A program made the position numbers and the translations under genes. Positions 12,104 to 23,610 of a stretch of DNA of 64,000 nucleotides are shown piece by piece. Numbering within the stretch: position 1 is the stretch's first letter; each line of letters starts with the position of its first letter. The notes under the pieces are model-generated. The model made no database searches. It saw nothing but the letters and a program-made list of their open reading frames with translations, and was not told the origin of the DNA. Source of the stretch: Macrostomum lignano (Eukaryota); the NCBI GenBank assembly GCA_002269645.1, contig NIVC01002394.1, forward strand, positions 114,523-178,522. The letters are read 5' to 3'.

Positions 12104-13050
12104 GATTCTTCAAATTTGATTTAATGGAATAACAACTGCCAGGGCAGCTCCTCACGATCTGCGACGCGTGATTGTCTTTAAATAAACTGCACCGATGCGT
12201 CTGTCGGTTTCCCAGTACATGGTAAGAACTGAATATTGTCAGTAACAATATAAACAGTATCATATAGAGAGAGCTCAGCATTCTTTATATCTTAGATCTC
12301 CGATTCTTAAGAATTTGCGTACGTGTGGGCATGCGGTTCAAATTTCGTGTTCGAACTCAAGTGTGTGTTTTTGGCCACTCACAGGTGCGTTATGGTTGTG
12401 ACTCCACCGATCCACAGATATTGGACGACTCGCTGGACCTTGAAGAAATCGGCTATGCTCGTACAATACAATACACTAGTTTTGCAAACTGAATGCATGC
12501 TTGATACAGCTCCAAGGATTTTCGAATAATGGCCGATTCCTAGACAGATACCCAGGTCAAGTTCTAGTTTGCTACAAAAGCTAAATCGTCTGAATTCTAC
12601 AAATAATAATTGTGTAATCATTACCGTGAACGACTAATATTTCTGGTGCTGAAATCACTTAATAACTTCAGTTTTCCCCTTGTTGCACAAGTACCAGCAT
12701 GGGCACTATACTTCCAAAAGTAGTAGCTAAGCCATCTTCGTACATAGAGCACTATACATTAGTTACGAGTGCAGGAAATTGATCGAAACGTCACTTCATG
12801 GTAACAGGGACTTCTGCGATTTACCATAGAGAGAAGGGACTCTGGTTTAGTAAGAAAAATGTGGGGGCTGGCTGATAGCTGAAAGAGCTTAGTGGTGAGA
12901 AAGTGCACAGTTTTCGGCTACTCAACACACTACGATTCTTTCTATGGTAAAATTTATATCGCAGAAGTCCCAGTCTCTGCTTAATGGCTGAACTGAACTG
13001 AACGTCCCGTTTCGGCCATAGACAATTCAATCAACGCAGCTAATAATATA

Positions 13051-13729
13051 CCTTTTCAAGCTGGACTTTGGCAGCCCATAGAAAAAGCATACGCCTGCCA
13101 GCAACATGTCTATGGTCAACTGTGGTAGAATCGGTTAAAGCGTGCATTCAACTTTGGCAAAAGTGAGCGAATTTTGGCAACTCAACCGAACAAGATGCCG
13201 AACGCGCGTATATCGCTGCAGGATCGAGAACGGCTGGTGTGCAGCTACCAAGAAGGAAGAGACTAGAGACGACTGGCGAAGGACCTCGACATAAAGAGAA
13301 CCACGGCCGACACAATTATCCACAGGTTTGTCACTGAAGATCGCGTTGCGCTGAAGCAACCAGGAGCCGTGAGGCCAAAATTTACACCACCAATGTTAAA
13401 TGCTGTGACTCGGTTTGTTGAAGAGAAGCCCGCCATAACGTTGAGGGAGATGAAGGAGAAGATGGAAGCCGAACTTCCAGGCGCACCTGGCGTGTCGGTG
13501 CAGGCAATCAGTCAATCAGGCAATCAGACAGTATCGTGCTTTGTGCTTAAATCTTGTTTCCTAGTCAGTTTGTTACCGTTTTTCGTTCAGTTTATTGTGT
13601 TGCCAAAATTCGCTCACTTTTGCCAAAGTTGAATGCACGCTTTAACCGATTCTACCACAGTTGACCATAGACATGTTGCTGGCAGGCGTATGCTTTTTCT
13701 ATGGGCTGCCAAAGTCCAGCTTGAAAAGG
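13051..13729 (+). mobile_element. Tc1/mariner-IS630-like internal-deletion derivative with 131-bp TIRs and TA flanks
   Basis: 13051-13181 is the reverse complement of 13599-13729, with TA on both sides. The interior encodes a broken helix-turn-helix N-terminus (..RERLVCSYQEGRD*RRLAKDLDIKRTTADTIIHRF..RPKFTPPMLNAV..KPAITLREMKEKM). No DDE domain. Confidence 0.88.
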
Positions 13730-14018
13730 TATATGTCCATTAAGCCATTAACTTCAATTCTCGCTTCATATTAACCTTGCATTATTCGAATGTTTAGTCT
13801 ACTTACGAGTCATTAGCATTAGCTACTTCTAGATTTTTTAAATTAAATTATAGTCCAACTATAAAGGACGGAAAAACTTCGATTTTTAAATAAGTTTGAT
13901 TTTTTTATTTGTTTTTTTTTGAAGATAATAAACCGGCACTACGAAAGCAATAACAAAAATTGTATGCATCAACCGAGCATTGCGAAGTGTCCATTGTCAA
14001 CCAGTCAAGACATTCAAA

Positions 14019-16004
14019 CTACTTCTCAACAATCAGGGTGCTGTAGAAGGTGTCGTGGGTGATCCACTTTTCGAAGAAGTTAACGGTGACCCGGCAGCCG
14101 TAGACGCCAGCGTCGGATTCCTTGACGTCGTCGATGCCGACGGTGTAGTGGTTGGCGCTGCCGCGCATGATCTCGATGCGCTTGTCGTCGGTGCGAGCCA
14201 GGAAGTCGGCCAGGGTCTCAGCGTCGCGCATCGGCTCAACGAAGACGCCCAGGCCGGCCAGCTCGGCGTTGACGCGGCAGCCGAAGCTCGCCTTCTGGCC
14301 AGCCTTGACGGTGATGATCTCTCGGTGGTCGGCCGGCTCCAGCAGCGGGAGCACCTGGACATCGATGGAGCGCCAGTCGGACTTCTCCTGGCCGCGGATG
14401 CACTGGCAGAAGTAGGTGCCGCTGTGCTCCTCTGGCTTGGCGTCGCGCACCAGCATGGCGGAGAAGCGGGGCAGCACCGGGACCTCGACGACCGGCATGT
14501 CGGTCTTGTTGTTCAGATTCCACTCCACAGTCAGCTCCTCGTCCGGCCGGCGCTTGCCAGTGCACGGGCACTCCAGCAGGAAGTCGTCGCCGAAGCGGAT
14601 GATGCGGTTGCTGAGCGGGTTCATGGACAGCACGGCCGGGTAGCCCTCGACCACAGAGACTGGCTTGGCCTCCAGGTCGCAGCCCTGTTCCTTGATGCAG
14701 GGCTCCACGGTCAGGGCGATGGTCTTTTCGCGAGTCACGTGACCCATGCGACCGTTGTGCAGGCGGGCTCGGCAGAGAAACTCTTCGTTCTCCTTGGGTC
14801 CGGCAGAGTCGATGATGAGGTCGAAGGTGGCCTTGCTCATCTGGATGGCGCCGTGCAGCATCTGGTTGAGCTGCTCCAGAGGGATGAGCCTCGGGCGGGG
14901 CGGGCCCGCTCTGGGCTTCTCAACGATGTAGCACTCTGCGGCAGCGGCGTCCGGCTCGGTGGTGATGGCGTTGGACACGATGGCGCTCATGCCGGCCTTG
15001 ACGGTGACCTCGTCCTCCTTCTTGGCGAACTCGCCCATCTTGGTGACGAAGAACTGGGCCTCTCGGCTGATGACTGAGCCGAACTCGTTCTTGGCCAGGC
15101 AGACGACGGCCTTGGTCAGGTCCATGAACTGCGGGTTGACGATAACCAGCTGGCTGCGCTCCTCGATGCTGTCCGGCGGGCATGGGTGGTGGGCCTTGCA
15201 GTCGCGCTGCAGGTTGAAGAACGAGGTGCTGGTGGTGGAGTGATCCTTCAGCGGCTCGTGCGGGTTGGTGGTGATCTTGGCGTCGATCAGCTCAGTGATC
15301 AGAGACTCGTTAGCGACCTTCTTGACCAGACGCCACTCCACGGTTGGCTTGGGCATGCCGTAGGCCAAGCAGTTGAAGGTGACGATGAAGGGCCGGGCCT
15401 CTTTGTCGGCTTTCTTGGTTGTCTCCTCGGTGGCCGGCTTGATCAGGGCCTCAGTGATGAACAGGTGCTCGGGCTCAATCTGGAACTGAGGCCGCTGGGC
15501 AGCCGGATGGGCCGGGGCCTCGCAGATGAAGTTGCGTGGGATGTTGGTCTTGTTGGCCTCCAGCTCGATCTTGCTGTGGTCCTTGTTCGGGTTGATCACC
15601 ATCCAGAACTGCGGCTTGGGGGCCTCGTCCGGCTTCTCCTCTTTCTCGGTGCGCTGGTGCTTGCCGTGGCCCCTGGCCCTCGGCAGCGACCGGTGCATGA
15701 AGGTCGGGTCGAAGAACCACAGCGAGGTAGAGTCAGTATCGTGCTGGTTGCTCTTCACGATCAAGTCGTTGATGAAGTACACCTTGTCCATTCGGTGGGC
15801 GAAGCTCAGCAGTCTGGCCTTGTCGGCCTGGCAGGCCTTGTAAGCGTCGTCGAAGAGCATGGGCTCGGACATCAGCTTCAGGCAAGAGGCCTCGTAGTTG
15901 GTGTGGAACAGGGTCCAGCCATCCCGGCAGGTCATGACTAGCTGGCCGGAGTCGGCGCAAACGGAGGCTGCAAAAGCAGCCAGCACTAGCAGGCAGAGTC
16001 GCAT
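14019..16004 (-). CDS. Intronless secreted contactin-like protein: signal peptide, C-type-lectin-like domain, 4 Ig-like domains; 661 aa
   Basis: MRLCLLVLAAFAASVCA signal peptide; CTL pattern C..GW..C...A...C....A.L.S..FICE; Ig1 CLAYGMPKPTVEW..CLAKNEFGSVIS; later Ig domains with D.G.Y.C. Stop follows Ig4, with no FN3, TM or GPI tail. Strong GC3 bias. Confidence 0.85.
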   Translation of the reverse strand: MRLCLLVLAAFAASVCADSGQLVMTCRDGWTLFHTNYEASCLKLMSEPMLFDDAYKACQADKARLLSFAHRMDKVYFINDLIVKSNQHDTDSTSLWFFDPTFMHRSLPRARGHGKHQRTEKEEKPDEAPKPQFWMVINPNKDHSKIELEANKTNIPRNFICEAPAHPAAQRPQFQIEPEHLFITEALIKPATEETTKKADKEARPFIVTFNCLAYGMPKPTVEWRLVKKVANESLITELIDAKITTNPHEPLKDHSTTSTSFFNLQRDCKAHHPCPPDSIEERSQLVIVNPQFMDLTKAVVCLAKNEFGSVISREAQFFVTKMGEFAKKEDEVTVKAGMSAIVSNAITTEPDAAAAECYIVEKPRAGPPRPRLIPLEQLNQMLHGAIQMSKATFDLIIDSAGPKENEEFLCRARLHNGRMGHVTREKTIALTVEPCIKEQGCDLEAKPVSVVEGYPAVLSMNPLSNRIIRFGDDFLLECPCTGKRRPDEELTVEWNLNNKTDMPVVEVPVLPRFSAMLVRDAKPEEHSGTYFCQCIRGQEKSDWRSIDVQVLPLLEPADHREIITVKAGQKASFGCRVNAELAGLGVFVEPMRDAETLADFLARTDDKRIEIMRGSANHYTVGIDDVKESDAGVYGCRVTVNFFEKWITHDTFYSTLIVEK

Positions 16005-16114
16005 GGTTAATAACTGCTGCTTGGAATATCGATTAGAAATGCGAGACTGAACGGGTACGGTTGCAATTAACACAAGAAAATTATGTCTACGTTGAGAGTG
16101 GCTACAGGGCTCGT

Positions 16115-16124
16115 TATATATATA
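16115..16124 (-). promoter_or_regulatory. Candidate TATA box of the contactin-like gene
   Basis: TATATATATA ~110 nt upstream of ATG 16004; GC-rich and CCAAT elements further upstream. Confidence 0.4.
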
Positions 16125-16799
16125 GTCAACCCCACCTTAGGTGTCATTAGAAGGGGGCCGCTGTAAATTCCCTTAAGCCAAAGGCCTCAACAATCAAGCC
16201 AACACACCCCTTGCGCCGCTCTCTAGGCTGCCCGCCCGCCGCCTGAGCGAGAGTGGAGTGGGGTGGGTGGGCTGGCGAGGGGCGGGGGTAGAAAGTTACG
16301 GGGTAGAGAAACCCCAACCCCATTCCCCCGCCAGAGTGACCAGCCAATCAGACCCAACTACCGAGATTCAGCCGGTGTAAGTTAAGCCGGAATACAAACT
16401 TGTAATTGGGCCTCGCCAATTCTTGCCAATTAGCTTAAACTAGCTTTCAGAGCTGAGTCATGCCAGTCATTTTTGAAAAGATTGTTTTGTGTTGTTTTTT
16501 AAACTATTTCTGATTTTCTCTATGTACTCTAGTGTAGATTAAAGTTACTCGCGTTCTGAAACATACATGTAGCCCGTATTGCGCAACAAAATACCAGTCA
16601 TCGCGGGGTTCCAAAGCCTTCAATGCCATTGAAACTTAACAACTTAACTATACACGCAAATAGTTGTTTTGATAGACAGACAAAGATAAACTCTTAGCTA
16701 TATATAATTAGCAGTTAAACGTTTTGTTAGAGCTTAGAAATCTTTATATTGCAAAACTGAAAATAAATATGGACAACCAAAAAAGGTAAATACCAACTG

Positions 16800-17530
16800 G
16801 GCTTCAGGTGTTTGATAATGGATTACCAGGGCTTCGGGTGTCTGATAATGGATTACCAGGGCTTCGGGTGTCTGATAATGGATTACCAGGGCTTCGGGTG
16901 TCTGATAATGGATTACCAGGGCTTCGGGTGTCTGACAATGGATTACCAGGGCTTCGGGTGTCTGATAATGGATTACCAGGGCTTCGGGTGTCTGATAATG
17001 GATTACCAGGGCTTCGGGTGTTTGATAATGGATTACCAGGGCTTCGGGTGTCTGATAATGGATTACCAGGGCTTCGGGTGTCTGATAATGGAAAACCAGG
17101 GCTTCAGGTGTCTGATAATGGATTACCAGGGCTTCAGGTGTTTGATAATGGAAAACCAGGGCTTCAGGTGTCTGATAATGGATTACCAGGGCTTCGGGTG
17201 TTTGATAATGGATTACCAGGGCTTCGGGTGTCTGATAATGGATTACCAGGGCTTCGGGTGTCTGATAATGGAAAACCAGGGCTTCAGGTGTCTGATAATG
17301 GATTACCAGGGCTTCAGGTGTTTGATAATGGAAAACCAGGGCTTCAGGTGTCTGATAATGGATTACCAGGGCTACGGGTGTCTGACAATGGATTACCAGG
17401 GCTTCGGGTGTCTGATAATGGAAAACCAGGGCTTCAGGTGTCTGATAATGGATTACCAGGGCTTCAGGTGTCTGATAATGGAAAACCAGGGCTTCAGGTG
17501 TTTGATAATGGAAAACCAGGGCTTCAGGTG
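16800..17530. repeat. 30-bp tandem repeat, ~24 copies
   Basis: Unit GATAATGGATTACCAGGGCTTCGGGTGTCT and variants. Confidence 0.95.
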
Positions 17531-17994
17531 ACGTGTGTGTGTACTAATATAGAATAACAGTTGCAGCCATCTCAGACCTCAGTGCATCGCATGCCCAAAA
17601 GTACAAATGCAGTCACTCAATAGTGAAGCCATACGGTGCATATTGCATCGAATGAACCAATAAGCATAAGAAGCAGATGACAATTTCTCATACAGTGTAC
17701 ATGGCAATGCATAAAAAAGCTCAATAAGGCTATTTATTTTAGAATTAAGCTCAGGTAACTGGTTTGGGTTTTGCTTATAGAGTTTACTTAGGAAAGCTTT
17801 GTTAAAATATTGTCTACAGCAGTTTACAGCAAGTTATGACTAAAATATTACTGAGCATTTTGTCCAGCGCCAGACTTACAGATTTGGGATAACCTGAACG
17901 TCGCGATTGGCAAATCGTCCGCGCTCAGGTGAAAATTAAAGCATGAAAAAGAGAGGAAAGATTACTTCCAAAATGTAAGATTACCATGCATGAA

Positions 17995-18852
17995 TAGAGA
18001 GCGGATCAGACTGAGGAGTAGAGAGCGGATCAGACTGAGGAGAGAGCGGATCAGTCTGAGGAGTAGAGAGCGGATCAGACTGAGGAGTAGAGAGCGGATC
18101 AGACTGAGGAGTAGACAGCGGATCAGACTGAGGAGAGAGCGGATCAGACTGAGGAGAGAGCGGATCAGACTGAGGAGTAGAGAGCGGATCAGACTGAGGA
18201 GAGAGCGGATCAGTCTGAGGAGTAGAGAGCGGATCAGACTGAGGAGTAGAGAGCGGATCAGACTGAGGAGAGAGCGGATCAGACTGAGGGGTAGAGAGCG
18301 GATCAGTCTGAGGAGTAGAGAGCGGATCAGTCTGAGGAGTAGAGAGCGGATCAGACTGAGGAGTAGAGAGCGGATCAGACTCAGGAGTAGAGAGCGGATC
18401 AGACTGAGGAGAGAGCGGATCAGACTGAGGAGTAGACCGCGGATCAGACTGAGGAGTAGACAGCGGATCAGACTGAGGAGTAGAGAACGGATCAGACTGA
18501 GGAGTAGAGAGCGGATCAGACTGAGGAGTAGACAGCGGATCAGACTGAGGAGTAGAGAGCGGATCAGACTGAGGAGTAGACAGCGGATCAGACTGAGGAG
18601 TAGACAGCGGATCAGACTGAGGAGTAGACCGCGGATCAGACTGAGGAGTAGACAGCGGATCAGACTGAGGAGTAGAGAACGGATCAGACTGAGGAGTAGA
18701 GAGCGGATCAGACTGAGGAGTAGACAGCGGATCAGACTGAGGAGTAGAGAGCGGATCAGACTGAGGAGTAGACAGCGGATCAGACTGAGGAGTAGACAGC
18801 GGATCAGACTGAGGAGTAGACAGCGGATCAGACTGAGGAGTAGAGAGCGGAT
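17995..18852. repeat. 24-bp (and 21-bp variant) tandem repeat
   Basis: Unit GAGCGGATCAGACTGAGGAGTAGA. Confidence 0.95.
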
Positions 18853-18908
18853 GGGGAGCAGTGAGAGAAAGGTTCATATTAAACAGCTCAAAGGCATTGC
18901 GCAAGCCT

Positions 18909-19862
18909 TCAGCCGATGGGCTTGGCAGACTGGAAGATCTCGTCAGTCGTGAGCTCCCGGTCCCGTTCGAGGATCTCGGGATTCCGGCCGCGCAGGTAGC
19001 GAGCCTTCTTGGCCTCCTGCAGCAGAGTCCTGAAGTCCCGCTCCAGCCGCTCCAGCTCCTCCGCCTTCTGACCGCCCGGCCCGACCTCGTCGTTCGGCTG
19101 CTCCTCCTTCGGCTCCTCCAGCGGAACTCGACGCCCCGTTCCCGCTGTTTTGTGCCGCCTTCTGCTGCGCCGCTGAATGTCGCCGCCATTCGCCCCGCTG
19201 GTTTCGCGCCAGTCGTCCACGAAAGTCTCCGCCCGCTCGATGGCCGAGTCCATGAGATGGCGAGAGCGGCACTTCTTCATGAACTGCTCCAGGCTGAGGC
19301 CGCCAATGAGGACGCGAGGCGCGCCGCTAGCGGACGCGGAGGCAGCTTCGTCGCTGGCGCGCTGGCGCTCGAGAAAATCGGTGACAAGCTCGTCCTCGGA
19401 CTCGGTGAGCTCGAACATCTGGCCGCTGGCTGAGGCAATCGAGCGGCGAGGCGACGCCGGCGTTGCGGAGCCGCCAGAGCCGGGCAGGCGGGACACGAAA
19501 ACCGGAGGCTGCACCGGTTCGGCCTCGTCCGCCTCGGATGGCGTCTGAATGACGAACTCGAATGGCGCCGACTGGCCGTGGCGCTGCCCGGCACTTTGAG
19601 GCTCCTCCTCGGCGCCGGCGCCATCCATGTGGCGCAGCATTTGCTGGGACTTGATCTTGGCCAGCTCAGTGTTGTACCTGGCCAGCTTCTCCTCCATCAG
19701 GGTGCGCTCGCGTTTTAACCGGCCCATCACGGCGTCCGTGTTGATCACCTCGAAGTACAGCCGCTTCTTCAGCTGCTCGCCGTCCAGGCGCTGGTAACGG
19801 CGCTGGTCGTGCGCCAGCTTGTAGGAGCGCTCGCGGACCGCCTTGCGCCATTCGACCTGCAT
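18909..19862 (-). CDS. Uncharacterised coiled-coil protein, 317 aa, single coding exon
   Basis: Non-repetitive ORF with the same GC3 bias as the neighbouring genes; charged helical N- and C-termini. Branch point plus acceptor (CTAAT..CAG) at ~19967 upstream. No family recognised. Confidence 0.72.
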   Translation of the reverse strand: MQVEWRKAVRERSYKLAHDQRRYQRLDGEQLKKRLYFEVINTDAVMGRLKRERTLMEEKLARYNTELAKIKSQQMLRHMDGAGAEEEPQSAGQRHGQSAPFEFVIQTPSEADEAEPVQPPVFVSRLPGSGGSATPASPRRSIASASGQMFELTESEDELVTDFLERQRASDEAASASASGAPRVLIGGLSLEQFMKKCRSRHLMDSAIERAETFVDDWRETSGANGGDIQRRSRRRHKTAGTGRRVPLEEPKEEQPNDEVGPGGQKAEELERLERDFRTLLQEAKKARYLRGRNPEILERDRELTTDEIFQSAKPIG

Positions 19863-21289
19863 GATGAAGCACCGACTGGGGGTGATGCTGGGATAGCTGG
19901 GCTAACTCGGTTATTATTGTCACAGTTTTGTATAGCGGCCCCTCGAAGCCGCGAGCGCTCGACCGCTGTTTGATTAGCAAAATTTGAGAGAGAGAAAGAG
20001 AGCAAAACTGCTTTTTTACATACTCTTCATCACAGCGGCTGAGTTGCTAGCCATATACAACTGGCAGTCCTTCCAGCTGCCGCCATAGCTCATCTATCAG
20101 GCACAGAACCAAAGGCGCTCCGACAGGACTGCAAGCCTGGTTAATTTGCTTTTTAGTATCTGCGCGCTATTGTGCAGCATTGCTGTTCCACCTGTTGGGG
20201 GGCTGAGAGAGTTGGAGAGGACAGGTGGAGGTGGGCAGAGCTGGGTGAGGCTTGCAGCTCTTATTAAAATAACAATACGTAAAACTAGATGATAGATGGG
20301 CCTTGCCATTTTTTCTATTAGATTCTGATAAAGAGCTGTAAGAAGAGACGATGGCTGCACAAGACTTTTTTTGTCTGAAAAAATGGTAAACAAGTTGTAG
20401 AGAGTTAGTTTGATAAATTATCAGCAGCTGATCAAGGAGCTCCTATGGATGGAGATGTTGTGCAGACGCTGCTTTAGGAAGCAATAAAAAATATTTAGCA
20501 TTTCAATATCTGTGAACTACTTGCTTCCCAATACGAACTCCAATGCCGCTGATGATCCCCCCTGAGCACGTACTGTACACGCTCCTCACACGGGGTGTAC
20601 ACAACGAGCGTACAGGACCGCGATTACCTCACTACTGCTATCTGCCAGAGCCTTAAAAAACTTTTCTCTGTTCTTGAGCTTGTTTTTCATAAAATTTTCT
20701 CTGTGCGCTACTTAAAGTAGGGCAATGTGAACAAAATGCCTGATAATTCACGAATCTAATCCCATATTGAGGCGCAGGTTGCAAGTGGGCTTCTTGCTAA
20801 TCCTTAGCTAGCAGCCTCTCTTCACTGCGCATGTGCAGGCATTTATCTAATCTAGCTGGCTTTAATCAAGCCAAGCCCGGGGGGCCGCTGTGCATTTCTG
20901 CAGAACCAACTGCTTTGCTCCCACGCCCCATTGCCCTGTGCATTTTGGGAGGAGGAGGGGGAATCTTTGGCATTTCAAACCGGGGGCTGAAACTACCGTA
21001 AATTTATGGAAAGTCAACTGGAATGAAAAAATTCATAATTCATAATTCATAAATTTTGCCTCATAGCCGTATTGAACTCTATTAATAGTTTGCATCGATA
21101 ATTTATAAGCAGAAAATGAGTGGGTAGCCATGTCTCATAATCCGCAGGGGAACTGGCAGCATGAATTATTAGTCATTTATGCTGAATAAACCTACTCTGA
21201 GAGTTGAAATGTCGATTAAATTTAGATGATTGGAGTATAGATAGAATAGATATGAGTGGGAATTGGAAAACAGAAGTAGTGGAGAAGAT

Positions 21290-21490
21290 AGAGAAGTAGC
21301 GAAGAAAGAAAGAGAGAGAGAGTAAGAGAGAGAGAGAGAGAGAGACAGAGAGAGAGAGAGATAGAAGTAGAGGAGAGAGAGGTAGAAGAGAGAGAACTAG
21401 AGAGAAGTAGAGGAGAGAGAGAAGTAGAGGAGAGAGAGAAGTAGAGGAGAGAGAGAGAAGTAAAGGAGAGAAGATAGAGAAGTAGCGAAG

Positions 21491-21571
<81 letters not shown>

Positions 21572-21730
21572 GAGAGAGAGAAGTAGAGGAGAGAGAGAAG
21601 TAGAGGAGAGAGAGAAGTAGAGGAGAGAGAGAAGTAGAGGAGAGAGAGAAGTAAAGGAGAGAAGACAGAGAAGTAGAGAGAGTGAAGTAGAGAGAGAAGT
21701 GGAGGAGAGAGAGAAGTAGAGAAGACAGAG
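21290..21730. repeat. (AG)n / AGT-AG low-complexity tract
   Basis: Direct reading. Confidence 0.9.
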
Positions 21731-22079
21731 GATAAAGAAGCTGGAACTGTGGAATACGATCTTGCCGCAGACGGCAGGCACAAACAGGCAGTTGTGAGTG
21801 AAAACAGAGAATCAGGGCAGGGAGCGGGGCTTCAGCCTTTCAAAGTCACGTACGGCAGGCTAAAAAGGGTTTTGAAAGCTCATAAAAAGTCAGTCCAGAC
21901 AAATCTTATGCACAAGGGGCAGCTTTTATCGGGAGTCCTAACTAGCCTGATAGAACCAGTTGATTGGATGTGTGCCGAGTGACTCAGCACGATTGAAGCT
22001 CCGACTGGAGTCGATTGATCTCAGGCTATGAGAGGGAGAGACGCTGCAGAGTGCAGACAGACTCGATAGACGATAGGAG

Positions 22080-22420
22080 GGAAATGAGTAGAGGAGGGGA
22101 GAGAGTAGAGAAAAAATGGAGAGAGGCGAAAAGAGAGAGCAGAGAGATGAGGGGAGAGAGGAGAGTAGAGAGTAGAGAAGAGAGGAGAGTAGAGAGGAGT
22201 GTAGAGAGAAGAGTAGAGAGTAGAGAGTAGAGAAGAGAGTAGAGAAGAGAGGAGAGGAGAGAGGAGAGTAGAGAGGAGAGTAAAGAGGAGAGTAGAGAGG
22301 AGAGTAGAGAAAAGAGTAGAGAAAAAAGTAGAGAGGAGAGAGGAGAGAGGAGGTGGGGAGAGAAGGGATGAGAGGGGGACGAAGGAGAGAGGAGAATAAG
22401 AGAAAGGGATGTAACTAACA
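22080..22420. repeat. AG-rich low-complexity tract
   Basis: Direct reading. Confidence 0.85.
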
Positions 22421-23099
22421 AGAGAATGAATATAGAAAAGTAAGTCTGATGAAAGCATCTCGTGTTTAGCCTTAAAGAACGCTAAGCTGCGGACAAGAAG
22501 CCTCGCGCGCTCGCATGGAAAGCAGTCGGTTCCGCAGTTCAGTCGGAATGCTTTTTGGTGGGCACAGAAGGAAGGGACATGGGAAAGAGGCGAAGTCATA
22601 AGGTCACTACTGGCCTGGTTGGCAAAAGAATGTGGGAATTGATTTTTCCCAGAAAGAGAGGTGGAGAGACCCGTGGCGTTTCGGGATGCTGCAGCTGGCC
22701 AGCCTCCCCGAGTCCTGCATACGATAGCATCGAATGCAGCCAGAAACTGCTTCTGATCTGGAAGAAGCGCAGGGCAGAAAGACAACGGACGAAATCCTTT
22801 TTTTTCTTCTTTCGTCTCCTGCACAGTCCCAATGTGTCAAGAGGCAGGGACAGACGGACGCGAGGATCAGAGGATGCATTCAGAAGGGACATCAAGGAAG
22901 TGCTATTTTTAGAGGCAACAAAACTGCAGCAAGGTTTTGGGAGCCGAAAGGCAGTTAGAGAACTCATCCAGCGTCGACAAGGAGAAAGCAGCAAACGTTT
23001 CAATTCGCATTTCCTGTTTGCGAATAAATAATCAAAGAGCAGATGAAGTCAAACCAAAATGGGAGGAGGGGAATGGGCGATGAAAATGAATGAGGCGAT

Positions 23100-23610
23100 G
23101 AGAGGGGATGAGAATGGATTAGAATGAATTAGAGAGGGTTAGAATGGATAGAATGGATTAGAGAGGATGAGAATGAATTACAATAAATTAGAGAAGATTA
23201 GAATGGATTAGAATGGATTAGAGAGGATGAGAATGGATTACAGAGGATGAGAATGAAATACAATAAATTAGAGAAGATTAGAATGGATTAGAATGGATTA
23301 GAGAGGATGAGAATGAATTACAATAAATTAGAGAAGATTAGAATGGATTAGAATGGATTAGAGAGGATGAGAATGGATTACAGAGGATGAGAATGAATTA
23401 CAATAAATTAGAGAAGATTAGAATGGATTAGAATGGATTAGAGAGGATGAGAATGGATTAGATAGGATGAGAATGGATTAGATAGGATGAGAATGGATTA
23501 GATAGGATAATAATGGTTTAGAATGGATTAGAGGATGAGAATGGATTAGAGAGGGTTATAATGGGTCAGAGAGGATGAGAATGGATTAGAATGGATTAGA
23601 GAGGATGAGA
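23100..23610. repeat. GAATGGATTA/GAGAGGATGA 10-bp-based tandem repeat
   Basis: Direct reading. Confidence 0.88.

Noticed and set aside
12385-12492. Plus-strand exon-like stretch after CACAG (VRYGCDSTDPQILDD..FAN*)
   Set aside because: No upstream partner exon or recognisable homology; may be chance.
13980-15941. Plus-strand ORFs of 365 and 251 aa opposite the contactin-like gene
   Set aside because: Antisense shadows produced by strong GC3 codon bias.
16800-17530. 30-bp array, and the 32-, 35- and 40-bp arrays, as CRISPR
   Set aside because: Units are contiguous with no unique spacers, there are no cas genes, and the context is eukaryotic.
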